Shown here in pieces: positions 1-11,490 of a DNA stretch of 64,000 nt. The translations under genes were made by a program, and so were the position numbers. Every line of letters starts with the position of its first letter. The first letter of the stretch is position 1. This stretch comes from Octopus sinensis (Eukaryota), in NCBI RefSeq assembly GCF_006345805.1, contig NW_021832281.1, positions 68,853-132,852 of the forward strand, read 5' to 3'. The notes under the pieces are model-generated. The model did no database searches and was not told the origin of the DNA. It was given only the letters and a program-made list of their open reading frames with translations.

Positions 1-183
1 GTGGCACATAAAAAGCACCCACTACACTCTTGGAGTGGTTGGCGTTAGGAAGGGCATCCAGCCGTAGAAACATTGCCAGATCAGACTGGAGCCTGGTGCA
101 GCCTTCTGGCTTCTCAGACCCCAGTTACACCGTCCAACCCATGCCAGCATGGAAAGCGGACGCTAAACGATGATGATGATGAT
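1..183 (+). mobile_element. 3' end of an abundant retroelement ('family D', probably an RTE-clade LINE tail) ending in (GAT)n
   Basis: GGCACATAAAAAGCACC...GGCGTTAGGAAGGGCATCCAG...GGAAAGCGGACGCTAAACGATGATG. Related copies at about 3940-4250, 4320-4425, 7520-7800(-), 9110-9480(-), 13290-13830(-), 24180-24710, 26830-27146, 31925-32078, 40120-40446, 46095-46420, 53610-53780(-), 63790-64000(-). Confidence 0.75.
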
Positions 184-659
184 GTTGTTTTGAATTAATC
201 ATGCATTATCACATAGCTTTGAGGTTTCAGTGATGTGATTGTTTATTTTTAGTATGACATTGTGGGGTAGGTGTGAGAGGCAGGATCTGGCTGATTTGAA
301 CGTGAAAGAGTTAAGGCATCGTTATTACTCAATCACAACCAGTTAATATGCATCTCTTTCTAGTAATTGTTTTAAGTCCTTGTGTATCCACAAGCAGAGA
401 GGGAGAGAATAGGTCTCAGATCATCTGGGAGAGTGTTAACATGTGATAGACCGGTGCCTTATCCAGGAGGAGATTTATCTCACATCACAATGTGTCTGAT
501 AAAACACTATATTCTACGTTATCTCAGTTCACATGTAGCCGTGTTGAGGGAGAGAATAGCTACCAGATCATCTGGGGGAGTGTTAACATGTGATAGACTA
601 GTGCCTTATCCAGGGAGAGATATCTTTATCTTTCACTTCACAGCATGAAACCACAGCTA

Positions 660-1010
660 AACTGTTCCAGTTGTGACCATCCTGTCTTTTATTCAGGCAT
701 AATGTACCTAGGACTACATTATCTAATGTGTCCTTCTTGTTGTTTAGCCCCAGCAGACCTATGATCAAAGATGTTCCAGTTGTGACCATCCTGTCTTTTA
801 TTCAGGCACAGTGTATCTAGGACTACATTACCTAATGTGTCCCTCCTTGTCGATGTTGTTTAGCCCCAGGTCAGTCTCGATCCAGCTTACCTCTGATCAA
901 AGATGTTCCTGCTATGACCATCCTGTCTTTTATTCAGGCACAGCGTATCTAGGACTACATTACCTAATGTGTCCCTCCTTGTTGATGTTTAAACCCAGGT
1001 CAATCCCGAT
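660..1010. repeat. About 3 tandem copies of a 110-135 bp unit (TTCCAGTTGTGACCATCCTGTCTTTTATT...TGATCAAAGATG)
   Basis: Direct repeats are visible; the same family is tandem again at 20068-20368, with a fragment near 63720. Confidence 0.75.
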
Positions 1011-1148
1011 CCTACAGAGCTGTAACCAAAACTGTTTTACCATGTAACGTAGCCCTTTTCTCTGGTGTGCAAGCTGAGAGACATTTAGCTGCTATTTCTA
1101 GTTGTCTGGATCAACCATGTGTGTGTGTGCAGGTGAAGGAACACTTAC

Positions 1149-1278
1149 CTGTCATCATGTAGTCGAAGGTCAACTCCTCTCCCTTAGCAATATCTCGTTT
1201 GGCAAACAAAGCGATCCGAGGTAAGCGTGGATCAAGGGTGTTAATCCACACGCCAAACACTTCCAAATTGGGGTCACA
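1149..1278 (-). CDS. SUV39H: SUV39H coding exon 5 (CDPNLEVFGVWINTLDPRLPRIALFAKRDIAKGEELTFDYMMT); gene continues left of the window
   Basis: CCGCAG acceptor and GTAAG donor at 1148; contains the ELTFDY motif. Ends in phase 1. No post-SET CxCx4C exon recognisable in 1-1148. Confidence 0.96.
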
Positions 1279-2223
1279 CTGCGGATGAAAGACGGAAGAT
1301 AATGAGGTCGGGTCAACGATGGTATCAGGGTCAACAACCATTTGCGTGTGTCAGTAGTGAAAAGATTTACAAGAATCACATAGTTTTCTTTTGAATTTAA
1401 ATATCACACCAGACATTGTAAGGATCAATTTGAAATACGCTAATGCCTTGATATAAGAGTTAATTTGTCCCCGGAAACCGCTCGTTAAGCGAAAACTTGT
1501 AATGCAGAGAAATAATTAGTCAAGTGATGTTGGGGGCACAAACACAGACACACATATATACGATGGGCTTCTTTCAGTTTCCGTCTACCAAATCCACTCA
1601 CAAGGCTTTGGTCGGCCCGAGGCTATAGTAGAAGACACTTGCCCAAGGTGCCACACAGTGGGACTGAACCCAGAACCATGTTGTTGGGAAGCAAGCTACT
1701 TACCACACAGCCACTCAACAGACTATTTCTTATTTCTTTATTGCCCACAAGGGGCTAAACATAAAGGGGACAAACAAGGACAGACAAATGGATTAAGTCG
1801 ATTATATCGACACCAGTGCGTAACTGGTGCTTAATTTATCGACCCCGAAAGGATGAAAGGCAAAGTCGACCTCGGTGGAATTTGAACTCAGAACGTAACG
1901 ACAGACAAAATACCGCTAAGGATTTCGCCTGGCGTGCTAACATTTCTGCCAGTTGGCCACCCAGTAGAACAGACTATTTCTACTAACATCCAATATAACA
2001 AGGTGTAATACCTTAATTGGCAGCAGAGACTATTTCCATTAATATCCAACCTTAATTAATAGAAATTAACACCTTAATTAGTAGGACAGATTATTTCTAT
2101 TTATGTCCAACATAAAGTATAACACCTTAATTTCTACTAATGACCAACATAAGATATCACACCTGTAATTAAAACAACCTGACACCCAAAAGCCTCATTA
2201 TGCCACAAAATTAGGGAACTTAC

Positions 2224-2376
2224 CGAATGGTTCACAAAATGCGACACGTTTCCATAGTAACCGGCGTCCACAGTGAACGGGCAATCGCCGTCGTTGTAAT
2301 CTAAGTCAAACAGGTAGGTTCGACCCTCAGCATCGTAACGTTTGCCTCGTCTCTCTGCTTCTTCATTTGTTATTAC
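2224..2376 (-). CDS. SUV39H: SUV39H coding exon 4 ([11 protein letters not shown]...YLFDLDY...SHFVNHS)
   Basis: CCAG acceptor and GTAAG donor; 153 nt, phase 0/0. Contains the SET motifs YLFDL and HFVNHS. Confidence 0.97.
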
Positions 2377-2547
2377 CTGGGAAAGAAAAGAAAGAGGGGA
2401 AATAGAGAAAGGGAACAACAAATGCTGCCTGCTCCAGGAATTGAACCCACACCTTCACGATCACTGTGCACCCACGGCTGAAACTCGGAGCAGCAACGGA
2501 CTGACTTGACCAAAATGAAATACTTTCTTATTACCTGTTTCTTTACT

Positions 2548-2951
2548 ACCCACAAGGGGCAAAACACAGAGGGGACAAACAAGGACAGACAAAGGGATTA
2601 AGTTGATTACATCGACCCCAGTGCGTAACTGGTACTTATTTAATCGACCCCGAAAGGACGAAAGGCAAAGTCGACCTCGGCGGAATTTGAACTCAGAACG
2701 TAGCAGTAGACGAAATACCTATTTCTTTACTAACCACAAGGGGCTAAACACAGAGAGGACAAACAAGGACAGACAAACGGATTGAGTTGATTATATCGAC
2801 CCTAGTGCGTAACTGGTACTTATTTAACCAACTCCGAAAGGATGAAAGGCAAAAATCGACCTCGGAGGAATTTGAACTCACAAAGTAGCAGCAGACAAAA
2901 TACTGCTAAGCATTTCGCCCGGCGTGCTAACCATTCTGCCAGCTCGCCGCC
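2548..2951 (-). mobile_element. tRNA-derived SINE 'family A', head + 2 tandem bodies
   Basis: Head GCGAGCTGGCAGAA..TTAGCACGCCGGGCGAAATGC; B-box-like GAGTTCAAATTCC; body ends GTAAAGAAATA. Monomers at about 1725-1960(-), 6585-6812(-), 26606-26830, 43391-43620(-), 61768-61996, 62443-63060. Confidence 0.85.
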
Positions 2952-3137
2952 TTCTTTCTTATTACCATAGTAACAAGTACTCCTTCGTTCCATCAGTCAA
3001 CACTGAATGATGTGTGTGTGTGTGTGTTGGACAAAAGTTGTTTTGACTGTAACCCGTGTACCAGCTTTAGCCACGACAGCCAAATAGCCAAACTGACATT
3101 ACAACCCCCAACTGCACAAATATAAACACAGTCTGAT

Positions 3138-3545
3138 GATTAGGTGCAGGAGTGGCTGTGTGGTAAGTAGCTTGCTAACCAACCGCATGGTTCCGGGTTC
3201 AGTCCCACTGCGTGGCACCATGGGCAAGTGTCTTCTACTATAGCCTCGGGCCGACCAATGCCTTGTGAGTGGATTTGATAGACAGAAACTGAAAGAAGCC
3301 TGTCGTATATATGTATACATATATATATGCGTGTGTGTGTTTGTCCCCCCAGCATTGTTTGACAACCGATGCTGGTGTGTTTATGTCCCCGTCACTTAGC
3401 GGTTTGGCAAAAGAGACCGATAGAATAAGTACTGGGCTTACAAAGAATAAGTCCCGGGTTCGAGGTGCTCGATTAAAGGCGGTGCTCCAGCATGGCCGCA
3501 GTCAAATGACTGAAACAAGTAAAAGAGTAAAAAAGAGTAAAAGAG
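3138..3545 (+). mobile_element. tRNA-derived SINE 'family B' with a CORE-like ACCTTGGGCAAG segment and an internal (TA/TG)n
   Basis: AGGAGTGGCTGTGTGGTAAG...GGTTCAGTCCC...GGGCAAGTGTCTT...CTGAAACAAGTAAAAGAG. Many further copies, e.g. 1520-1716(-), 8436-8755, 9545-10040(-), 12835-13250(-), 25017-25775, 30440-31012, 32160-32540(-), 33000-33410(-), 45920-46095, 46425-46757, 48245-49190, 53075-53285(-). Confidence 0.85.
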
Positions 3546-4577
3546 CTAGCTGAGTGCCGTTCATTGAGTAATTCCTACTTCCAAGGTTCTGCTAGCAAGG
3601 AGACACATCTAGCCTGGACTTTTATCTGCTCCATTCACCTCAATTCGGATTCTTATTAGCATACATAGCAACCCTAGTTGCGAGCTGTGAACTATAAAAT
3701 AACTTTTTTCAGTTTATCAAACTTCGATATGGGAAAAACCCACAACCGGAAATTGAAAGAAACCTGTCATATGTATATATGTGTGTCTGTGTTTGTCCCT
3801 CCAACAGACAACTGATGCTGGTGTGTTTACGGCATGTATAGATAGGGAGACTTAGGTTAGATATCCTAAGGAGCCAATTGGGGCAGTCCATGCTGATAGA
3901 AGATGGAGTTCGGTTTTAACATTAATGGAATTAGTAGTTGTGATACCAGTGCCGGTGGTACATAAGAGAACCATCCGAACGTGGCCGTTGCCAGCGCAGC
4001 CCCGACTGGCCTCGTGCCGGTGGCATGTAAAAAGCACCATCTGATTGTGGCCGTTTGCCAGCCTCGTCTGGCGTGTAAAAAGCACCCACTACACTCACGG
4101 AGTGGTTGGTGTTAGGAAGGGCATCCAGCCATAGAAACACTGCCAGATCAAGACTGGAACCTGGTGCAGCCCTCGGGCTTCCCAGACCCCAGTCGAACCG
4201 TCCAACCCGTGCCAGCATGGAAAGCGGACGCTAAACGATGATGATGATCATGAATTAATATTCCTTTCATTGCCATGGTTTCTTTTTAGTATGTACTTTG
4301 GTATGTGTCATTAAGTGTCCGACTGGGAGTGGTGCAGCCTTCTGGCTTCCCAGACCCCAGTCGAACAATCCAACCCATGCCAGCATGGAAAGTGGACGCT
4401 AAACGATGATGATGATGATGATGATAGTTATCCAGGGGTTCTTTGACCCTATCATTGATGCTCCTAGAAGTCTCAGTAGGGGCATCAATGGTTGACTAAA
4501 AAACAGAAAGGCACAAGCAGTAGGTTATACAAAAACTCACGAAACAGCAGCGAAGTGTAAGAAACATATGAACGTAC

Positions 4578-5435
4578 CTCACCAACGTATTCCATCACAA
4601 AAGATCCTCGTTTAATTTTCTGAACAGTTTTCACGCCCCATCCGCGCCCGTTGGATGTGCGGAAGACACACACTTTGAACTTGCGACCTTGCTGAACCAC
4701 CCGATTCGGGCACTCGGGCCCGCACTTACACCGCCGGTTGCACTCATATATCGGGACGCCGCGTCCCACCCTGAGCCGCTTGCCGCGATAGTATGCAAAC
4801 TCCGTGCCGCAGTTGGCCGGGCAGCATGACTTTCGCTCACCGTAACAGTCCGTGCACTCGCACCCCACGAGGGGATCCTGTGGGATGTCGATGCCATCCA
4901 TCGCTTTGTAGTCGTTGATGTATTCGAAGTTCTCGGGCGGCCCTTCCAGGTCGACCAAGTTCTCAACACATATGGGCGAAGGGTCGGCACACACGGCGTT
5001 CAACTTGTCCTGCCATTCCCTGAGCGCCATCTGCACCATGTGTTTTGTCTGCTTGTAGTGTTTGCTCTTGGTGTTGTTGTAGTTGTTGTGTCGGATGCGC
5101 CTCGGCTTCCGGTCCTTACACATCATGAGGCCCTTAATGATCTTGTTAGCGCCGCCGTGTTTCACTGTGGTCAGCGACATGATCTGCATCGGCGTGATCC
5201 GTTCGTGGACAGGAGATCGGAACAGTTTGTCGAAGAGCTCCTCCACGCGCCGCCGCTTGTTCACCACATCCCCAGAGTTGCGGTTGTCGGGTGTGGATCG
5301 TTTGCGTGACTTCAAAGCAGCCCTTTTTCTGTGGTATTCGTCGATCAGTTCGTGGCATTCCAGGTTAGCCTCAGGTTCCCAGGTATTGAACTCACTACTC
5401 CAGCCTTTCCATTTGATGTAATAATAATTCACATC
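4578..5435 (-). CDS. SUV39H: SUV39H coding exon 3: chromodomain end, basic linker, pre-SET, SET N-terminus
   Basis: TGCAG acceptor and GTACG donor; 858 nt = 286 codons. Contains YYIKWKGWSSEFNTWEP (chromodomain), GCECTDC...CC...IYECNRRCKCGPECPNRVVQ (pre-SET Zn cluster) and GRGWGV...FVMEYVGE (SET). Confidence 0.97.
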
Positions 5436-5505
5436 CTGCAACAGACAAATGAAAACAATTAAACACTCGTTAATCAATTAAATTGATGCATAACCATGTG
5501 CGCAT

Positions 5506-5542
<37 letters not shown>

Positions 5543-5814
5543 TATATACATATACACACACACACATATACATGCACACACACACACATATACATGCACA
5601 CACACACACATATACATGCACACACACATATACACATACATACACACTCAACAATCAATAACATGTACAAAGAAAATCATATCTTTATTTCAGATCACAC
5701 CTTAAAAATCCAACAAAAGGTCATCACAAGCGTAGCATATGACCCAATGTTTGAACGGTGCTGTTAACAGGCCAGTTACACAACACTGGTATCAGCCACA
5801 ACTATGACCGACCT

Positions 5815-6185
5815 CACTTGGTTTGACAGGTCTTCTCAAGGACGGCATAACTCCAAAGGTCTTGGTCACTTGTCACTACCTCCATGAGGCCCAATGCTTG
5901 AACAGTGCTTTTTACGTGCCACCGGCATGGGTGCCAATCATGCGGGACTGGCACTTCGCTCAGTTCAACAGGTCTTCACAAGCACAGCACATCACCCAAT
6001 GATCAAAGGGTGCTTTTAATGGTCAAGTTATGTGACATTGGCATCAGCTACGACTACGACCTCACTTGGCTCGACAGGCCCTCTCAAGCGCAGCATATCG
6101 CCAAAGGCCTCGGTCTCTTGTCCTTACCTCTGTGAGGCCCAACATTCAAAGACTGAGCCTCACCACCTCGTCCCATGCCTACATA
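5815..6185 (-). mobile_element. RTE-clade LINE ORF2 C-terminal remnants
   Basis: Minus-strand translations WDEVVRLSL*MLGLTEVRTRDRGLWRYAALE and QALGLMEVVTSDQDLWSYAVLEK resemble the RTE C-terminus 'W..VV..DL..LGL......DR..W'. Confidence 0.6.
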
Positions 6186-6356
6186 AACGCTAAATTCATC
6201 ACTGACAGAGGGGGACACAGAAACGGGGTCGGGTGGGGCTGAAGTAAATATTTATATATTGTGATGTAACAGTTAGGATTTGGGGTGAGCAAGGAGTGAA
6301 GGGATGGGGATGGGGGTGGAGGAAGAGGTTAAGTGAGAATGAATGAATGCCCCTAC

Positions 6357-6436
6357 CTCATCATCTGTGTGATCCACCACAGCTTCCACTTCGTATTTTT
6401 CATCTTTGTCCCACAGGATCTCACCACTTTCCATCA
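6357..6436 (-). CDS. SUV39H: SUV39H coding exon 2, start of chromodomain (MESGEILWDKDEKYEVEAVVDHTDDE)
   Basis: Polypyrimidine tract + CTCCAG acceptor (6438-6437) and GTAGG donor (6356). 80 nt, phase 1 to phase 0. YEVE is the chromodomain first strand. Confidence 0.92.
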
Positions 6437-6961
6437 CTGGAGAAGAAGAAAAAAGGGGAAAAAAAATAATCAACAACAACAGACATCACCATCAACACCA
6501 CAAACACCAACATTGAGGCCAAGAACACCACCAGCTTCGCTGCCATGATAATTCGAAAATTGCCAAGTGTACATATATATATATTTCTTTACTACCCACA
6601 AGGGGCTAAACACAGAGAGGACAAACAAGGACAGACAAAGGGATTAAGTCAATTATATCGACCCCAGTGCATAACTGGTACTTAATTTATCGACCTCGAA
6701 AGGATGAAAGGCAAAGTCGACCTCAGCGGAATTTGAACTCAGAACGTAACGGCAGACGAAATACGGCCACGCATTTCGCTCGGCGTGCTAACGTTTCTGC
6801 CAGCTCGCCGCCTTAATATATATATACATATATATGTATGTATGTGGATGCATCATGTATATATCAACATTTAGCGCCCGTTTGGACAGGTTGACCAGGA
6901 CTGATAAGTGGAGGGGCTGCACCAGACTCCAGTCTGATTTGACATGGTTTCTACAGGTGTA

Positions 6962-6996
<35 letters not shown>

Positions 6997-7299
6997 TTTT
7001 CTTTTTGTGACTGACCAGACCATCGGATGTTGTTACACATCGCTGGTCACATTGTTCGCATTGTTTTAGCGTTTGAATGACGCCACCCCGCTGGCTAAGC
7101 GAGCAGGCCAACAGAAGAAAGAATGGGAGAAAGAGTGGTGAAAGAGTACAGCAGGGATCACCACCCCATGCCGGAGCCTCGTGGAGCTTTTTAGGTGTTT
7201 TCGCTCAATAAACACTCACAACACCCGGTCTGGGAATCGAAACCGCGATCCTGTGACCGCGAGTCCGCTGCCCTAACCACTAGGCCATTGCGCCTCCAC

Positions 7300-7338
<39 letters not shown>

Positions 7339-9080
7339 AAATTTATTAAGGGTAGAAATTGATGTTAATTAATTAAAACCAGTGGCCCAACATATTAAAA
7401 AAATCCGAAGATTAAAATATTTTTTACATACAAAATTTAAAGGACTGACCACTAAGAGTGGACGGTCAACATGCTAGATATATAGCGATTTGTATGTAAA
7501 TATATATATATATATATACCATCATCATTTAACGTCCGCTTTCCATGGGTTGGATGAATGACTGAGGGATGGCGAACCAGACTCCAATCTGATCTGGCAG
7601 AGTGTTTCTACAGCTGGATGCCCTTCCTAACACCAACCACTCAGAGTGTAGTGGGTGCTTTTACGTGCCACCAGCACAGGGGCCAGTCAGGCAGTACTGG
7701 CAACGGCCACGCTCGAATCTTTTTACACATGCCACCGGCACAGGTGCCAGTAAGGCGACACTGGTAACAATTACGCTCGAATGGTGCCCTTTTACATGCC
7801 ACACACACACACACATATACCAGTTGAGGACTGGGGGTTCATATAATTGACTTAGCACCTCCCTCAAATTCCAAGCCTTGTGCCTAGAGTAAAAAGGCAT
7901 TATTAATTCTGTATTTTAATGAAATAGTCGTTAACAAATGATGAAAATTTTACGTAGGAGGATGCGTGGCTGTTGTAATAACCACATGTGAAACTTCATG
8001 GCTGCGTGTGTGTGTGTGTGTGTAGGCAACATTATTGCAACACACACACACACTCCACCATCACCACTCTTTTCCTGCCCCATCCCTTTTTTTGTGGTTA
8101 AAACAATGGCAGAATAGGTAGTGGGGAGGTAGGTGAGAAAGGAGTGGTCCCTTTCAGCGCCCAACACCACCTCCAACCCCACCACCACATAATTTTTTCA
8201 TCCTACCTTAACCCTTCCCCTAAACTCTTCCTCTACTCACCCTCTCTCCCGCCAATAAACATGCAGAGAGTAAGATTCTTTATCAAGTCCACAAGAAGGA
8301 ATTAGTGAGGCTAGGTGCCCTGGTGCCCTAAACACTCCTTTCCCACTTCAAGTCCCTTTCAATTTAGTTGATTCTGAAAGAGAGAGAGGAAACAGGAACC
8401 AACTTTTTGATTGGTACTTTATAACTATATATAGGCACAGGCAAGGCTGTGTGGTAAGTAGCTTGGTTACCAACCACATGGTTCCAAGGTTCAGTCCCAC
8501 TGCGTGGCATCTTGGTCAAGAGTCTTCTATTATAGCCTTGGAGTGAGTGGATTTGGTAGATGGAAACTGAAAGACGCCTGTCATACATATGTGTGTGTGT
8601 GTGTGTGTGTGTTTGTCCCCCTAAGATCGCTTGACAACCAACAGCGGTGTGTTTATGTCTCTGCAACTTAGCAGTTCGGAAAAAGAGACTGATAGAGTAA
8701 GTATTGAGCTTACAAAGAATAAGTCCTGGCGTCAATTTGTTTGACTAAAGGCGGTGCTACAGAATAAAAGAATATATATATATATGTTTTTGTCCTGTTT
8801 TTACCATTATTGTTTTTTGTATTTATATTTGTGTGGCATCGTCCGTTTTTCTGTCCTTGTTTCGTATACATTCGATCCTTTTTCCAAGAAATCTAATGCT
8901 CGTAGCTTAGATTTTCCTTGGGGCTGGCCAGATCTGAGCGATCTCAAGATTAATCAGCCGAAATTGCTAGGATGATCCAGTTCTTGACTGAAGATTGAAG
9001 GCTTCGAATGTCCCGTCCGTGTTTTTTGTATCGTCTTCTAAATGTTTTACGTTCTTGTCCCAGTTTGTATTTTTCTACAC

Positions 9081-9115
<35 letters not shown>

Positions 9116-10404
9116 TCGTTTAATGTCTGCTTTCCATACTAGCATGGGTTGGACGATTTGACTGAGGTCTGGCGAACCAGACTCCAATCTGATCTGGCAG
9201 AGTTTCTACAGCTAGATGCCCTTCCTGTGGCCAACCACTCTGAGAGTGTAGTGGGTGCTTTTACGTGCAACTAGCATGAGAGGCAGTCAGGCAGTACTGG
9301 CAACCGACCATACTAGAATGGTACTTTGTACACGCCACCAGCATCAGCCATGACTACGATTTCACTTGACTCAACGCACACCATATTGCCCGATGACCGA
9401 AGGGTGCTTTTAAACGGGCCAGTTATGTAACACTGGCATCGGCCACAATCTCACTTGACTTGCTGGGTCCTCTCAAAGACACTCTAACCACTAAGTCCCA
9501 CACAAACTGGGTATTCCAGTTGACTTGATCAACAGAACAGTCTCTTACTCTTTTACTTGTTTCAGTCATGTGACTGTGGCCATGCTAGAGCATCGCCTTT
9601 AGTCGAGCAAATCGACCACAGGACTTATTCTTTGTAAGCCCAGTACTTATTCTATCGGTCTCTTTTGCCGAACCGCTAGGTTACGGGGGATCGTAACCAC
9701 ACCAGCATCGGTTGTCAAGCGATGTTGGGGGAACAAACAGACACATATATACATATATACAACGGGCTTCTTTTCAGTTTCCATCTACCAAATCCACTGA
9801 CAAGGCTTTGGTCGGCCTGAGGCTATAGAAGACACTGGCCCAAGGTGATACGCAGTGGGACTGAACCCGGAACCATGTGGTTGGTAAGCAAGCTACTTAC
9901 CACAGAGCCACTCGACAGGCTTCTTTCAGTTTCCGTTTACCAAATCCACTCACAGGCTTTGGTCAGCCCGAGGCTATAATAGAAGACACTTGCCCAAGGT
10001 GTTACACAGTGGGACTGAACCCGGAACCATGTGGTTCATTAGCAAGCTTGGGAAGTTCCTTCACACAAATGTAGGTAGGGTTAAAATCCAAGCTGTGTCC
10101 CCTTGAAGCACATCTGCTCATTCCAGCACCCACTTCTCTCTACCACTCAATTTGTTCTTTACTCTCACCCCCTGACCCCTATCTTTATTATTCCTGACTA
10201 CTAACTAACCATATATAAACGCTTCATTGTATTATTCGATTCTCTGTCTGAGAAATTCCTTATATATCTATCCGACATGTACAAACTTTGTAACTCCTAT
10301 TAGGAAATGAAACATGTGTAATGGTGTATAAATAATATCAATAAATTCTCCAACTTTCTGTTATGTATGTAGGCATGTATGTATATATGTACATACATAT
10401 ATGT

Positions 10405-10705
10405 GGAGGCGCAATGGCCCAGTGGTTAGGGCAGCGGACTCGCGGTCATAGGATCGCGGTTTCGATTCCCAGACCGGGCGTTGTGAGTGTTTATTGAGCG
10501 AAAACACCTAAAATCTCCACGAGGCTCCAGCAGGGGATGGTGGTGATCCCTGTTGTACTCCTTCACCACTCTTTCTCTCACTCTTTCTTCTGTTGGCCTG
10601 CTCGCTTAGCCAGCGTGGTTGCCGTCATTCGAAGGCTAAAACAATGCGAACGCATTGTGACCAGCGATGTGTAACTACATCTGAAGGACTGGTCGGTCAC
10701 GTGAT
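10405..10705 (+). mobile_element. tRNA-derived SINE 'family C'
   Basis: GGAGGCGCAATGGCCCAGTGGTTAGGGCAGCGGACTC...GGTTTCGATTCCC (A and B boxes). Copies at 7010-7300(-), 23280-24030(-, two), 37755-38090, 47515-47818, 53923-54308, 62646-63018(-). Confidence 0.85.
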
Positions 10706-10707
10706 AT

Positions 10708-10752
<45 letters not shown>

Positions 10753-11092
10753 CAAATAAGAAAATGGAGAACACATTAGTTGGTTCATCAACTTTAGGAC
10801 ATTAAAATGTTGACTTATCAAAACGACAACCATAATAACATACATACATTTAGTATATTATTCTATGCATATAAGATAAGAATACAAGCAGTTATTAAAA
10901 AACATGAATATAAATTATAAAAATTACTTACAGCTGTTTCAGCCCATAGATAAAAGTATCTCATTCTGCCTATATTAGTCAAGTGTATTGAGGAGGTAGG
11001 CAGTTGAACATGAAGTACATACATATATATCTAGGCCTCGTCAGAGATTATAAAGTACAATCATAAAAACATAAAACAAAATACACACACAT

Positions 11093-11130
<38 letters not shown>

Positions 11131-11299
11131 TAGATAGATAGATATAAATATACATACACATCCATATCCATGAGTACACTATAATATTCATTTATTACTA
11201 ATATTATTATAATTATTATTAATATTAGATTACGTGTATTCTGCTATTCACAATACATAGTATATGAAATATAAAATATAGAATATAATATAATATATA

Positions 11300-11490
11300 A
11301 ACAGGGAAGGTTTACAAAAATCAACAAAAGACGAAGGCAGGTGGAGTACAAACAAACAAATGTATTAGTATGGCGCTCAGGAATAGAAAAAGTCTTTTAG
11401 ATTTCGAGCCTATGCTCTTCGACAGAAAGATACACAGAAAAAAACAAGGAGAGAAAAAAATGCATGTAGTAGCTAACAATCTCTCATGGC
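11300..11490 (-). mobile_element. Penelope-like terminal repeat fragment with a degenerate hammerhead-like motif
   Basis: About 190-bp repeat also found at 47030-47215 and 47820-47970. The minus strand carries CTGNNGA-A-GAGC-RTAG-GCTC-GAAA. Confidence 0.5.

Noticed and set aside
1-1148. Post-SET last exon of SUV39H
   Set aside because: No CxC(x4)C..YLF-type sequence is recognisable on the minus strand; the region is repeats. The exon is presumably left of the window.
8985-9015. CTGAAGATTGAAGGCTTCGAATG (also at about 60070-60100) as a hammerhead
   Set aside because: Two extra bases before stem II, no A15.1, and no stem I/III. Probably part of a dispersed, possibly Penelope-like repeat, but not supportable as a ribozyme.
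10405-10480. tRNA gene
   Set aside because: A and B boxes are present, but there is no complete cloverleaf or terminator and it continues into a SINE body found many times in the window. The same applies to the other SINE heads and to 2430-2500.
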